Translations under genes and position numbers: made by a program
Shown: piece after piece, positions 39,046 to 49,723 of the stretch
How the letters are laid out: each line of letters begins with the position of its first letter
Numbering within the stretch: the stretch's first letter is position 1
From: Planctomycetota bacterium
GTDB lineage: Bacteria; Planctomycetota; UBA1135; UBA2386
Assembly: GCA_046290465.1 (NCBI GenBank)
Contig: JBKAGP010000001.1
Location: 5,056,001-5,120,000, forward strand
Length of the DNA stretch: 64,000 bases
Reading direction: 5' to 3'
The notes under the pieces: model-generated
Databases searched by the model: none
What the model was told of the DNA's origin: nothing
Seen by the model: the letters and a program-made list of their open reading frames with translations, nothing else

Positions 39046-39746
39046 TGGCGAGCCGCCCGCCCAAGCCGCCGGTGTTCCTGAGGCCGGGCGACCCGGTGTC
39101 GTTCCCCGATCCCAACGGCTTCGACAAGGAAGGGCTGGTGGCGGTGGGTGGGGACCTCGCCCCCGATCGCCTGCTGGCCGCCTACGCGACCGGCATCTTC
39201 CCGTGGTACGACGAAGGCTACCTGCCGATGTGGTGGTCGCCCGACCCGCGCGGACAGTTCGTGCCGGAGCACCTGCACGTCTCGCGCAGCCTCGCCAAGG
39301 TGCTGCGGCGGAAGGAGTTCCGTCTCAGCTGGAACGAGGACTTCGACGCCGTCATGGCGGCGTGCGGCGATCGGCGCGATACCGGCACGTGGATCATCCC
39401 CGAGATGCTCGAAGCCTACCGGCAGCTGCACCGGCTCGGCTGCGCGCACAGCCTCGAGGTCTGGATCGGCGACGAACTGGTCGGCGGCACCTACGGCGTG
39501 CAGGTCGGGGGGCTGTTCGCGGCGGAATCGAAGTTCCACCGCCGAACCGACATGTCGAAGGTCGCGTTGGTCGCCCTCGTGCGTTCGCTGTTCCTCGCCG
39601 GGATCCGTCTGCTCGACGTGCAGTTCGTCACCGACCACCTGCGCAGCATGGGGGCGCGCGAGATCGATCGTCGGGAATACCTCCGTCGCCTGGCCGTCGT
39701 TCGAAACCTCGAAATCGACCTGACGGAACTCTCGCCCGCGGTCTGA
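39045..39746 (+). CDS. aat: Leucyl/phenylalanyl-tRNA--protein transferase
   Basis: GLVAVGGDL, AYATGIFPW, WWSPDPR, AHSLEVW, LVGGTYG, ESKFH, SKVAL. Confidence 0.95.
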   Translation: MASRPPKPPVFLRPGDPVSFPDPNGFDKEGLVAVGGDLAPDRLLAAYATGIFPWYDEGYLPMWWSPDPRGQFVPEHLHVSRSLAKVLRRKEFRLSWNEDFDAVMAACGDRRDTGTWIIPEMLEAYRQLHRLGCAHSLEVWIGDELVGGTYGVQVGGLFAAESKFHRRTDMSKVALVALVRSLFLAGIRLLDVQFVTDHLRSMGAREIDRREYLRRLAVVRNLEIDLTELSPAV

Positions 39747-39822
39747 TCGTGAGTTGCCCTGACCGGGCTAGTTCGAATCGGGCCGACTGATTACGTTGCG
39801 TAGCCCTCCGAGGAGAATCGTC

Positions 39823-42800
39823 ATGCGCGCCAACCTGCTCCTTCTGTCCGCCGGGGTGCTCGCCCTGGGCGGTGTGCTGCCCGCCCAGAACCCGACCCCG
39901 GTGATCGAACTGCCGACCGGGATCGACCCCGCCGACCTGCCGCCCGAAGTGCGCGCGCGCCTCGAACAGATGCAGGCGCAGGGTGCCCAGGGCCCGCAGG
40001 GCCAGCAGCCGGCAGCCGGCAACAACGCGCAGGACCAAAAGCAGGCCGCCGAGGCGGCGAAGCTGCAGAAGCGGCTGGTCGCGTTCAAGAAGCTGGTGTT
40101 CGACCGGCGGCCGTCGTCGATCCTCAAGGCGTGGGCGCAACCGGAGCTGAAGCCGTACGACCCAAAGGAGGAGGAGAAGAAGGGCAAGGACGGCAAGCCC
40201 GCCGGCGGTGCCGCCCAGCCGGGGGGACAGCCGGGGGGACAGCCGGGGGTGCAGCCGGGCAGCCAGCCCGGCACCCAGCCCGGCACAGCGTCGCCGACCA
40301 CCACCGGCTCGGCGCTGCAGCCGTCCTCGCGCGCGATCCGGATCTCGCGCACCAGCTCCGGCGCGACGCTGACAGCGCCGGCGCGCCCCGCCGCGACCAC
40401 GACTCCGGCGCAGCCGGTCGCGACCGGGACGCCGTCGAGCACCCCATCGAGCAGCTCGTCGAGCGCGATGAGCCCGGCGCAGATCCAAGCGCTGATCGAC
40501 GCCGAGACCGGCGGCAAACCCGCCGAGGCCCAGCCCGCGGCGAACGGCGCCGCCGCCGCCGCCGCGCCAGCCGGCCCCAAGGCCGACCCGGCGCTCGAGG
40601 CCAAGATCCTGCAGCGTGAGTTGGAGATGCTGCAGCGGGACGTCACGCTGAGCCGCTGGGACGAGGTCGCGAAGTTCTTCGACACGCTCGCCGAGAAGGA
40701 CCGCAAGGGCGCCTACGAGCACTTCCTGAAGACGCTGCTGCGCCACCCGAACAAGCCGCCGAGCCGGCTGCCGGCCAACCTGCAGGAGAAGAACCGCTTC
40801 TCGTTCGACGAGGCGTTCGTGCTCGCCGGCATGGCGCCGGGCGGCTTCGACAAGCAGCAGGCCAAGCTGCTCGGCCCGATCGTGCAGCGCGCGATGGACG
40901 GCGGCGGCGTGCGCGAGGAGTGGATCCGCCTGCTCGGCATCGAGGTTGGCAAGGCCAAGGAGACCCGTCGCGTCGATCGCCGTGAGGCGGCGCTGATCCT
41001 GTCGGCGCTCAACATGAACGACGAGCTCGGTGCCTTCCTGCCGACGGCGTCGCAGGCCGAGAAGAACGACGACCGCGAGGCGTTCAACCTGCTGGCGCGC
41101 CACGCGCTGGCGATGTACGCGAAGGACAACCGCGGCGATTGGCTGGAGACCGCGTGGGAGGTCACGCAGGCGGCGCTCGCCAAGGGCGAGATCCAGAAGG
41201 CGCAGAAGGAGGAGGCCCTGCGCCGTGCCGTCGACCTCGCGCCGAAGGTCCGCGCCGAGCTCGGTCCGGCGTGGCTCGAGAAGTCGTTCACCGAACGTCC
41301 CGAGCGCGGCATGGAGATCGTCGCGACGATCGGCGGCCAGGTCGCGTCCGGGTTCGCGACGCAGGCGCGCAACGCCAGCTATCGCGCGACCGGCCTGAAG
41401 CTGCAGAAGACCGCGGTCGAGGCGCTGCTCGCGACCGCGCCGAAGCTCGCCGACGAGTGGAAGGAGACGCTCGAGCTGCTGGCCGCCGGCTGGGTGCAGG
41501 AGGCGTCGCACAGCAACCGCTACTCGAAGACGACCTCGTACGGTTCGTACATGGAGCGCGACTCGTTCGGCAACGTCTACTGGACCAACCGCCGCATGGG
41601 CGGTGGGGGCCAGGTGACGGCGATCGAACCCGAGGACCTGCTCGAGTCGCAGCCGAGCGATCGCTGGGCGTCGCTGCTCGGCGCCGACCTGCGGCCGAAC
41701 TTCACGACGGTGTCGGCGCAGCTGTGGCTGAAGGTCAACGAGTACGACAAGGCGTTCCCGTACATCGAGCGCCTGGCGACCACCAACGGCCGCAAGGCCA
41801 AGGAGCTCGCCGACGAGTTCCTGCGGGTCTGGAAGCGCAACAACAACCCCAACGCGTCCAACCGCGGCAGCAACTACATCTACGTCTACGGCTTCAGCGA
41901 TCGTGCCAACTCGATCCCGCTGACCCGCAGTAAGCAGGAGCGCAACCTGAAGGAGCTGTCCGACTACGTCGCGCGGCTGCGCGCGCTGCCGATGGAGCCG
42001 GTCGACGCCAACCTGCTGACCGAGGCGTTCGTCGCTGCGCACAGCCTCGCCGAGGTCTACCAGCTCGACACGATCCGGCAGGTGTTCGGCGAGATCTCCG
42101 AGCTCGACCCGATCGTGCTCGGCCAGCTGATCGGCCGCATGCGCATGAACCTCGCGACGGTCTGGCGCACGCCGTCCGTGCAGCAGCAGGCCAAGACGCG
42201 CCGTTCGCAGAAGGAGATGATGCAGGAGGTCGCCAACGGCTACGCCACGGCGCTCAAGCTCGCGCAGGACTCGCTGATCTCGCGCGGCCGCCACTGGTCG
42301 CTGTTGACCGCGGTCGCGACGCTGCTGCACGACCAGAACAACTTCAAGAAGGAGATCATGCCCGACAGCTCCTTCAGCGAGGTGCGCAAGGGCGCCTTCG
42401 AACTGCTCGCCGAGGCCGCCGACCACTACGCGTCGGTGTGCGCCGACATGACGCGCAACGAGGAGACCGACACGGTCTTCACCAGCTGGTTCTACGCCGC
42501 GCTCGGCGCGTCGGACCTCGGCGCGATCGACGAGACGATGGTGGTCGCCAACAGCCAGCTGCCGCGGATCAAGGAGGCGATGGAGGCGCTGCCGGACGGC
42601 AGCCGCGAGCGCATGCAGGCGCGCTTCGCCAACCTGCTGTTCACGCGCATGTCGTCGGTCAAGCCGGACATCAAGTTCCGCTACCTGAAGGCGGGCTTCG
42701 AGATCACCGGCGACCACGAGCAGACCAAGAAGGCTCGTGAGGTCTGGCAGTACTACCAGGACCTGATCGGCGAGATCCGCCTCGAGGTCGTCGTCGACGG

Positions 42801-43950
42801 CTCCTCGCAGGTCGGCACCGAGCCGTTCGGCGTGCGCATCGACATCGTGCACACCGACGCGGTCGGCCGCGAGAGCGGTGGCTTCCAGAAGTACGCGACC
42901 AACCAGAACAACATGCAGTACGCGTACAACTACGGTCGCCCGACCGAGAACTACCGCGACAAGTTCCACGACGCCGCGATCGCGTCGCTGCAGGAGAACT
43001 TCGAGATCCTCAGCGCGACGTTCAACAGCGAGAACATGGAGCCGCTGCAGGGCGACGAGGACGGCTGGCAGCGCACGCCGTATGCCTATCTGTTGCTGCA
43101 GGCTCGCGGCCCGCAGGTCGACCGCATCCCCGAGGTGAAGCTCGACCTCGACTTCAAGGACACCACGGGCTTCTTCATCATGCCCGTGGTCTCGTCGCCG
43201 GTCGCGGTCGACGCGTCGCGCGAGCAGCTGCAGCGGCCGTTCGAAGGTCTCGAGGTGTCGCAGCTGCTCGACGAACGCAAGGTCGACGAGGGCAAGGTGA
43301 CGCTCGAGATCAAGGCCAAGAGCGAAGGCCTGGTGCCCGACCTCGAGGACATCCTCGAGCTGGAGACGCCCGGCTTCAAGGTCAGCAAGATGGACGACCA
43401 GGGGGCCGCGGTGGTGCGGTTCTCACCCGACCAGGACGCGATCGAGAGCGAGCGCGTCTGGCTGATCGCGCTCGAGCCGGAGAGCGCGGGCGCGAGCCCC
43501 GGCAGCTTCCGCTTCGGCCAGCCGAAGCTGGACGACATGAAGACGACCTACCAGCGCTACGACGACGCCGACCTCGAGACGGTCACCGCCGAGATCGCGC
43601 TGCGGCGCGGGCCGATCGGCTCGAACCCCTGGTGGGCCTGGCTGCTGCTCGGCGCTGGCGCGGTGCTCTACCTGGTGTGGTTCTTCTTCGCCAAGCCGGC
43701 CGACAGCGCGCCGGTCGAGGACGTCGCCGCGCTGCGCATGCCCGAGTCGGTGACGCCGTTCTCGGTGCTGGCGCTGCTGCACCAGATCCGGATGCGCGGC
43801 GACTTCGTCGACGAGCAGCGCACGTTGCTCGAGGTCGACATGCGCCGCATCGAGGCCGGGTACTTCGACAAGGCCGCCGAGGCCGCCGAGTCCGGCGAGC
43901 GCGCCGACCTCGAGAAGATCGCCCGCCACTGGCTGAGCAAGGCGAGCTGA
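39823..43950 (+). CDS. Large secreted/membrane-anchored protein heading the Bat-like operon
   Basis: AGGAG RBS, signal peptide, QPGG low-complexity linker, long helical region, C-terminal TM. Confidence 0.8.
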   Translation: MRANLLLLSAGVLALGGVLPAQNPTPVIELPTGIDPADLPPEVRARLEQMQAQGAQGPQGQQPAAGNNAQDQKQAAEAAKLQKRLVAFKKLVFDRRPSSILKAWAQPELKPYDPKEEEKKGKDGKPAGGAAQPGGQPGGQPGVQPGSQPGTQPGTASPTTTGSALQPSSRAIRISRTSSGATLTAPARPAATTTPAQPVATGTPSSTPSSSSSSAMSPAQIQALIDAETGGKPAEAQPAANGAAAAAAPAGPKADPALEAKILQRELEMLQRDVTLSRWDEVAKFFDTLAEKDRKGAYEHFLKTLLRHPNKPPSRLPANLQEKNRFSFDEAFVLAGMAPGGFDKQQAKLLGPIVQRAMDGGGVREEWIRLLGIEVGKAKETRRVDRREAALILSALNMNDELGAFLPTASQAEKNDDREAFNLLARHALAMYAKDNRGDWLETAWEVTQAALAKGEIQKAQKEEALRRAVDLAPKVRAELGPAWLEKSFTERPERGMEIVATIGGQVASGFATQARNASYRATGLKLQKTAVEALLATAPKLADEWKETLELLAAGWVQEASHSNRYSKTTSYGSYMERDSFGNVYWTNRRMGGGGQVTAIEPEDLLESQPSDRWASLLGADLRPNFTTVSAQLWLKVNEYDKAFPYIERLATTNGRKAKELADEFLRVWKRNNNPNASNRGSNYIYVYGFSDRANSIPLTRSKQERNLKELSDYVARLRALPMEPVDANLLTEAFVAAHSLAEVYQLDTIRQVFGEISELDPIVLGQLIGRMRMNLATVWRTPSVQQQAKTRRSQKEMMQEVANGYATALKLAQDSLISRGRHWSLLTAVATLLHDQNNFKKEIMPDSSFSEVRKGAFELLAEAADHYASVCADMTRNEETDTVFTSWFYAALGASDLGAIDETMVVANSQLPRIKEAMEALPDGSRERMQARFANLLFTRMSSVKPDIKFRYLKAGFEITGDHEQTKKAREVWQYYQDLIGEIRLEVVVDGSSQVGTEPFGVRIDIVHTDAVGRESGGFQKYATNQNNMQYAYNYGRPTENYRDKFHDAAIASLQENFEILSATFNSENMEPLQGDEDGWQRTPYAYLLLQARGPQVDRIPEVKLDLDFKDTTGFFIMPVVSSPVAVDASREQLQRPFEGLEVSQLLDERKVDEGKVTLEIKAKSEGLVPDLEDILELETPGFKVSKMDDQGAAVVRFSPDQDAIESERVWLIALEPESAGASPGSFRFGQPKLDDMKTTYQRYDDADLETVTAEIALRRGPIGSNPWWAWLLLGAGAVLYLVWFFFAKPADSAPVEDVAALRMPESVTPFSVLALLHQIRMRGDFVDEQRTLLEVDMRRIEAGYFDKAAEAAESGERADLEKIARHWLSKAS

Positions 43951-44007
43951 TCGCCAGCCGCGCTCCCGCAATCCACCCGCACGACCCCTCCGCAGCTCTT
44001 CGTCACC

Positions 44008-45009
44008 ATGACCGCTCCTGAAGCCCCCGCCGCCCGTTTCACCGAGACGCGCGAGTTCCTCGATCAGATCAAGTCCAAGGTCGGCACCGTCGTGGTCGGT
44101 CAGGACGTCGTCGTCGAGCGCGTGCTGATCGCGCTGCTGACGTCCGGCCACCTGCTGCTGCAGGGCGTGCCGGGCCTGGCAAAGACGCTGCTGGTCGCGG
44201 CCGTGTCGAAGACGGTCGACCTGGCGTTCGCGCGTATCCAGTTCACGATCGACCTGTTGCCGTCGGACATCGTCGGCAGCGAGATCCTCGACCAGAAGAC
44301 GCACGAGTTCCGGATCCACCAGGGCCCGATCTTCACCAACCTGCTGCTCGCCGACGAGATCAACCGCGCCGCCCCGAAGGTGCAGTCGGCGCTGCTCGAG
44401 GCGATGCAGGAGCGTCGGGTCACGATCGGCGGCGAGAACTTCGCGCTGCCGGCGCCGTTCCTGGTGATCGCGACGCAGAACCCGGTCGAGCAGGCCGGCA
44501 CGTTCGAGCTGCCCGAAGCGCAGCTCGACCGCTTCATGCTGCTGCACCGCCTCGAGTACCTGAAGCCCGAGGAAGAGAAGGAGGTGCTGCGCCGCAACAC
44601 CAAGCTGGGCGTACGACGTGAGGGCAAGGGCGCGGTCGCCCGCACCGAGTTCGACGTGCTCGACGGCCAGGACAAGGGCAGCGTCAAGCAGCTGGTCAAG
44701 GCGATGGAGGACGTGCAGGAGGTGCACGTCAGCGAGACGTTCATCGAGCACGTGATCGAGATCGTCAACCGCACCCGCAACCACCCGCTGCTCGAGCTCG
44801 GCTGCAGCCCGCGCGCCGGCATCTCGCTGGTCAAGGCTTCGCGCGCCCGCGCGCTGATCCACGGTCGCGACTACGTCGTGCCGGAGGACCTGTTCGCGCT
44901 GGCCGAGGACGTCATCCTGCACCGCATCCGCCTCAGCTATGAGGCGGTCGCCGACGGCTACACCAGCCAGCAGGTCCTGCAGGAGATCCTCAGCGAAGTC
45001 GCCAAATGA
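44008..45009 (+). CDS. moxR: MoxR-family AAA+ ATPase
   Basis: GVPGLAKT, RIQFT.DLLPSDI.G, LADEINRA, ATQNPVEQ.GTF.LPEAQLDRF, SPRA. Confidence 0.95.
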   Translation: MTAPEAPAARFTETREFLDQIKSKVGTVVVGQDVVVERVLIALLTSGHLLLQGVPGLAKTLLVAAVSKTVDLAFARIQFTIDLLPSDIVGSEILDQKTHEFRIHQGPIFTNLLLADEINRAAPKVQSALLEAMQERRVTIGGENFALPAPFLVIATQNPVEQAGTFELPEAQLDRFMLLHRLEYLKPEEEKEVLRRNTKLGVRREGKGAVARTEFDVLDGQDKGSVKQLVKAMEDVQEVHVSETFIEHVIEIVNRTRNHPLLELGCSPRAGISLVKASRARALIHGRDYVVPEDLFALAEDVILHRIRLSYEAVADGYTSQQVLQEILSEVAK

Positions 45010-45962
45010 GCGGGGACGTGATCGACATGGGCGGTGGCGCGATGCCGCCGCCGCCGCCGCTGCCCCGCAAGCAGCGGCTCAGCATCCGCGAACGCGAGGC
45101 CAGCCTGCCCGGCATGCTGCCGGCCATCGAACCGTCGGCTGCGCGCAAGTTCGTGATCGCGATCCGTCGCCTGGCCGACGACCTCAGCTACGGACTCGAC
45201 GGTTCGCGCTTCCTCGGCTCGGGCATCGACTACGTGCAGTCGCGGCAGTACCTGCCGGGCGACCCGGTCAAGTCGATGGACTGGCGCGTCACCGCGCGCA
45301 CCAACCGCTACCACATCAAGGAGTACGAGGCGCAGCGCCGGATCCCGGCCTGGTTCCTGATCGACACGTCGGCGTCGATGGTGGTGTCGTCGACGAGGCG
45401 CAGCAAGTACGAGGTCGCGCTGCAGGTGGCCGGCGGGCTGGCGCTGGCGTGTCTCGATCGCACCAGCCCGGTCGGCGTGCTCGGCTGCGGCACGCGCGAC
45501 GTGCACATCCATCCGAGCCTCGCCAAGGACCAGGTGATGCAGTGGCTGCTGCGGCTGCGGCGCCACGCGTTCGACGAGCGCACGATGATGACGCGGCGGA
45601 TCCGCGAGCTGCGGCCGACGCTGCAGAGCCGTTCGATCCTCGTGATCCTCAGCGACCTGCACGAGCAGGGGGCTGCGCACAGCGCGGCGCTGCTGGCGCA
45701 GGAGCACGAGGTCGCGGTGATCCAGGTGCAGGACCCGGCCGAGGCGTCGCTGCCCGCCGGCGGCTTCCTGCGCGCGCAGGAGGCCGAGACCGGCCGTCCG
45801 TTCACCGCGCGCGGGCGCCGGCAGATGGTCGACCAGCTGCGCATCGAGAACGAGCTGCGCAAGGGCGGCGTCGACCACCTGATGCTGCGCACCGACGAAC
45901 CCTACCTGCACAAGCTGCGTCACTTCTTCCGCTCGCGCGGGATCTCGGGAGGCGGAAGGTGA
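45006..45962 (+). CDS. DUF58 domain protein
   Basis: GSGIDY..SRQYLPGDPV..MDWRVTAR, LIDTSASM, ILSD. Confidence 0.92.
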   Translation: MSGDVIDMGGGAMPPPPPLPRKQRLSIREREASLPGMLPAIEPSAARKFVIAIRRLADDLSYGLDGSRFLGSGIDYVQSRQYLPGDPVKSMDWRVTARTNRYHIKEYEAQRRIPAWFLIDTSASMVVSSTRRSKYEVALQVAGGLALACLDRTSPVGVLGCGTRDVHIHPSLAKDQVMQWLLRLRRHAFDERTMMTRRIRELRPTLQSRSILVILSDLHEQGAAHSAALLAQEHEVAVIQVQDPAEASLPAGGFLRAQEAETGRPFTARGRRQMVDQLRIENELRKGGVDHLMLRTDEPYLHKLRHFFRSRGISGGGR

Positions 45963-46774
45963 ACCACGTGACGTTGCGATTCCTGGCGGCGCTGCTGCTG
46001 TGCGCGGTGGCCGCCACCGCGCAGGTGCGCGACCAGCGCGAAGCCACCGTCGGCATGCGGGCCTACGTCGAGCAGGTCGTGCTCGAGGGCTCGGAGCTGG
46101 TCGCCGCGCCGACGACGATCCAGGCGCCGGTGCTGGTGCGCATCCTGCGCACGTTCGCGCATGGCGACCACCTCCGCTACGACCTCGAGTGGGTCGGCTT
46201 CGAGGAAGGCACCTATGACCTGACCGACTACCTGGTCCGCAAGGATGGCTCGTCGACCGAGGGGCTTCCCGACGTCGAGGTCGAGGTCGTCAGCGTGCTG
46301 CCGGGCGACATGTTCGAGCCGAGCGAGATCGATCCCGAACAGGGCCAGCGTCTCGGTGGTTACTCGGCGCTGCAGGTGGTGGTCACGGTGATCTGGGTCG
46401 CCGGCCTGCTGGCGATCCTGTTCTTCGGGCGCAAGCGCAAGGTCCGCGTCGACACGGCGCCGCCGAAGCCGACGCTCGCCGACCGCCTGCGCCCGCTGGT
46501 CGAACGGGTCACGTCGGGCGACGCCGAGGAGGCCCAGAAGGCCGAACTCGAACGGTTGCTGGTCGCGTTCTGGCGGGCGCGTCTCGACCTCGGCGACCTG
46601 AAGGTCGCCGACGCGGTGATGGCGATCCGTCGCGACGACGAGGCCGGCAAGCTGCTGCGCCACATCGAGACGTGGCTGCACGCACCGGAGCCGCCGAAGG
46701 ACGTCGATCTCGGCAAGCTGCTCGAGCCGTACCGTTCGGTCACCGCCGACCAGTTCCAACCGGAGGCCCGCTGA
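45959..46774 (+). CDS. Bat-operon accessory membrane protein
   Basis: GTG overlap with the DUF58 stop; signal peptide and internal TM. Confidence 0.75.
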   Translation: MNHVTLRFLAALLLCAVAATAQVRDQREATVGMRAYVEQVVLEGSELVAAPTTIQAPVLVRILRTFAHGDHLRYDLEWVGFEEGTYDLTDYLVRKDGSSTEGLPDVEVEVVSVLPGDMFEPSEIDPEQGQRLGGYSALQVVVTVIWVAGLLAILFFGRKRKVRVDTAPPKPTLADRLRPLVERVTSGDAEEAQKAELERLLVAFWRARLDLGDLKVADAVMAIRRDDEAGKLLRHIETWLHAPEPPKDVDLGKLLEPYRSVTADQFQPEAR

Positions 46775-47695
46775 ATGTTCGCCCGTCCCTGGTTGTTGCT
46801 GCTGCTGGCGCTGCCGGTGATCCACCTCTACTGGGTGTGGGCGCGCCGCAGCGGTCGCTTCTCGATGCCGTTCGACTCCGACGGCAGCCGGCGCCTCGGC
46901 AGCGGCTGGTTGATGCGCGGCCTGCTCGGTATCGGCGAGTCGCTGCCGGCGCTGCTGTTCGCGGTTGCGATCCTGCTGATCGCGCTGCCGCAGGAACTGG
47001 CGGCGCCGAAGAAGAAGCGCGCGTTGACCAACATCCAGTTCCTGGTCGACATCTCCGGCTCGATGAGCGCGAAGTTCGGGGAGGGCAACCGGTTCGACGC
47101 CTCGATGAAGGCGATCGACGAGTTCCTGTCGTTCCGCGAGGGCGACTCGTTCGGGCTGACGTTCTTCGGCAACAACTACCTGCACTGGTCGCCGCTGACG
47201 AGCGACCCGTCGGCGCTGCGCAACGCGCTGCCGTTCATGGGGCCGGGCAACGCGCCGCCGGGATTCGGTGGCACCGAGATCGGCAAGGCCGTGCTGGGGG
47301 CCCGCGAGGTGCTGACCTCGCGGCCGGATGGCGACCGCATGATGATCCTGGTCACCGACGGCGACAGCCCCGACCTCGAAGGTGGCGCCGCGATGCAGAT
47401 CGCCAAGCGGCTGCGCGCCGACGAGATCCGGCTGTTCGCGATCAACATCCAGGACCGTGAGGCGAAGGCGCCGCTCGTCAACCTCGCCCGCACCAGCGGC
47501 GGCGAGGTCTGGAACCCCGGTGATCGCTCGGCGCTCGCCAACGTGTTCGCCGAGATCGACAAGATGAACAAGGCCAAGATCGAGCAGGGCACGGCCGAAC
47601 TGGTCGACTGGTTCTTCCCGTTCTGCGTCGCCGGCCTGAGCGTGCTCGGGGCGTTCGTCCTGTTCCTGCTCGGATGGAGGCACACGCCGTGGTAG
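46775..47695 (+). CDS. vWA-domain membrane protein (BatA-like)
   Basis: FARPWLLLLL N-terminus; MIDAS DISGSM, GGTEIG, VTDG. Confidence 0.9.
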   Translation: MFARPWLLLLLALPVIHLYWVWARRSGRFSMPFDSDGSRRLGSGWLMRGLLGIGESLPALLFAVAILLIALPQELAAPKKKRALTNIQFLVDISGSMSAKFGEGNRFDASMKAIDEFLSFREGDSFGLTFFGNNYLHWSPLTSDPSALRNALPFMGPGNAPPGFGGTEIGKAVLGAREVLTSRPDGDRMMILVTDGDSPDLEGGAAMQIAKRLRADEIRLFAINIQDREAKAPLVNLARTSGGEVWNPGDRSALANVFAEIDKMNKAKIEQGTAELVDWFFPFCVAGLSVLGAFVLFLLGWRHTPW

Positions 47696-48666
47696 CGCTC
47701 TACGTGGCGCTCGGCGTCTTCCTGGTGGCGATGATCGGCGAGGTGCTGCACGCACGTCGCGTGCACCGCGTCCGCCACCTGGTGTTCGGCCCGACCGGCG
47801 CGCCCGCGAAGTGGGCCGTGGTCGCGCCGTTCGTCCGGATCCTGTCGGGCAGCTTGCTCGCCTGGGGGCTGACCACCCTGATCTACGTCGAGCCGCAGGT
47901 GCACGCCGGCGAGGAGATCCCCGACGAAGAGTGGCGTCACCTGCTGCTGGTCTACGACGTCTCGCCGAGCATGCTGCTCAAGGACGCCGGCGCCAGCGGC
48001 GACCAGACCCGCCACGAACGTGCCCGCGAGCTGATCGAGTCGATGTTCGAGCGCGTCAAGATCGGCCAGTACAAGGTCACGGTGATCGCGACCTACAACG
48101 GCGCCAAGCCGGTGGTCACCGACACCAAGGACATCGAGGTCGTGCGCCACATGCTGAGCGAGGTCGACCTGCAGTACGCGTTCAAGGTCGGCAAGACCAA
48201 GCTGTTCGACGGCATCGAGGTCGCGTGCCAGATCGCCCGGCCGTGGCGCGTCAACAGCGCGCTGCTGGTGGTCGTCAGCGACGGCGACACGGTGCCGGCG
48301 ACCGGCATGCCCGAGCTGCCGCCGTCGGTCGGCGGCACGCTGGTCATCGGCGTCGGCGACCATCTGTCCGGCAGCTTCATCGGCGGCCAGCAGTCGCGGC
48401 AGGACGAGAGCACGCTGCGCCAGGTCGCGATCCGGATGGGCGGCGAGTTCCACAACGGCAACCGCCGCCAGGTGCCGAGCGACATCCTCGATGCCGCCGC
48501 CAAGGACTCGCGCAAGCCGCTGCTCGAGCAGCTGACGCTGCGCGAGTACGCATTGATCGCGGTGCTGCTGTCGTCGCTGCTGCTGGCGTTGCTGCCGGTG
48601 CTGCTGCACTACTTCGGCACCAGCTGGCGTCCCGGCGTCCCGGCGGCGCGTCGCGTCGCGGCGTAG
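47689..48666 (+). CDS. vWA-domain membrane protein (BatB-like)
   Basis: MIDAS DVSPSM, GKTKL, VSDGD; TMs at both ends. Confidence 0.88.
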   Translation: MVALYVALGVFLVAMIGEVLHARRVHRVRHLVFGPTGAPAKWAVVAPFVRILSGSLLAWGLTTLIYVEPQVHAGEEIPDEEWRHLLLVYDVSPSMLLKDAGASGDQTRHERARELIESMFERVKIGQYKVTVIATYNGAKPVVTDTKDIEVVRHMLSEVDLQYAFKVGKTKLFDGIEVACQIARPWRVNSALLVVVSDGDTVPATGMPELPPSVGGTLVIGVGDHLSGSFIGGQQSRQDESTLRQVAIRMGGEFHNGNRRQVPSDILDAAAKDSRKPLLEQLTLREYALIAVLLSSLLLALLPVLLHYFGTSWRPGVPAARRVAA

Positions 48667-48670
48667 GGCG

Positions 48671-49216
48671 ATGCCGTTCTCGACCGACATCGCGCTGCGC
48701 CGCGAGGCGGAACCGCGGTTTCCGTCGCAGTGCGTGCGGTGCCTCGCCGACGATCCTGACCGGATGAAGTTCTCCGGCAGCCGCTTCTCGTGGGCCGAGG
48801 TGTTCTTCTTCTGGCTGTGGCTGTTCCGCAAGCGCGTGCGCGTCGAGGTGCCGGTCTGCGACGCCTGCCGGCCGGCCGTGCGCTGGCGCAAGTGGCTCGA
48901 GCTGGCGGTGTTGCTCGGCGCGACGATCCCGGCGGTCGTGCTGCTCTACCCGTGGCTGAAGCAGTTCGACCTCGGCCGGCAGTGGAACAAGCTGATCGTG
49001 TTGGCCGTGGTCGTGGTCGCGCTGATGCCGTACTTCCTGTGGTCGGTGCTGCGGCCGCCGGCGTTCGACATCACGGTGCGCGACGAGGTCATCGAGTACG
49101 AGTTCGCCAACGCCGACTACGCCACGGTGTTCTGGGAGCAGAACCAGGAGATGGTCGAGCACGTCGAGGGCTTCGACGACGACGACGGCGATGATAACGA
49201 CGAGGAGCCCAGGTGA
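48671..49216 (+). CDS. Membrane protein with two CxxC motifs (Zn-ribbon-like)
   Basis: FPSQCVRC ... VPVCDAC, two TMs, acidic tail. Confidence 0.75.
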   Translation: MPFSTDIALRREAEPRFPSQCVRCLADDPDRMKFSGSRFSWAEVFFFWLWLFRKRVRVEVPVCDACRPAVRWRKWLELAVLLGATIPAVVLLYPWLKQFDLGRQWNKLIVLAVVVVALMPYFLWSVLRPPAFDITVRDEVIEYEFANADYATVFWEQNQEMVEHVEGFDDDDGDDNDEEPR

Positions 49217-49638
49217 GCGGGGAGCCGCCGCCGCTGCCGAAGCCCCGCACCGGTCGCAGCCGGGCCGGGGTCCTGCTGCAGATCGGCCTCGTCGTCGCGC
49301 TGGGGCTGCTGTCGCGCCGCTTCCCCCTGCCGGGAATCCTTGCCGAGCACACCGGCGACGCGCTCTATGCGGTCGCCGCCTACTTCGCGACCGCGTTCGT
49401 GTTCCCGGCGGCGTCGCGGCCGGCGCTGGTCTGTGCGGCGTTTGGCTTCAGCGCGGCGGTGGAGTTCTCGCAGATGCTCAGCTGGCCGTGGCTACGGGAC
49501 TTACGTGCAACTCGGCCGGGCGCGCTGCTGCTCGGGCAGGGCTTCCAGCGGGCCGATCTGGTCGCCTACGCGATCGGCGCGGTGCTGGCGGGGCTGGGAG
49601 ATCGTTGGCGCCCACACCGCGACGAACCGGCGCCGTAA
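49213..49638 (+). CDS. DUF2809 family membrane protein
   Basis: GDALYA, AVEFSQ, LLLGQGF..DLVAYAIG. Confidence 0.8.
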   Translation: MSGEPPPLPKPRTGRSRAGVLLQIGLVVALGLLSRRFPLPGILAEHTGDALYAVAAYFATAFVFPAASRPALVCAAFGFSAAVEFSQMLSWPWLRDLRATRPGALLLGQGFQRADLVAYAIGAVLAGLGDRWRPHRDEPAP

Positions 49639-49723
49639 CAAATGTGATGGGTTCGCCCGGAGGCGGTCCAGGGCCGATAGACTCGACACTCCGCGCCGGT
49701 GGTCGGCGCACCCCTCAGAACAC

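Noticed and set aside
40200..40570. QPGG/Ser-Thr-Ala repeats as a DNA repeat element
   Set aside because: They form an in-frame low-complexity linker inside a coding sequence.
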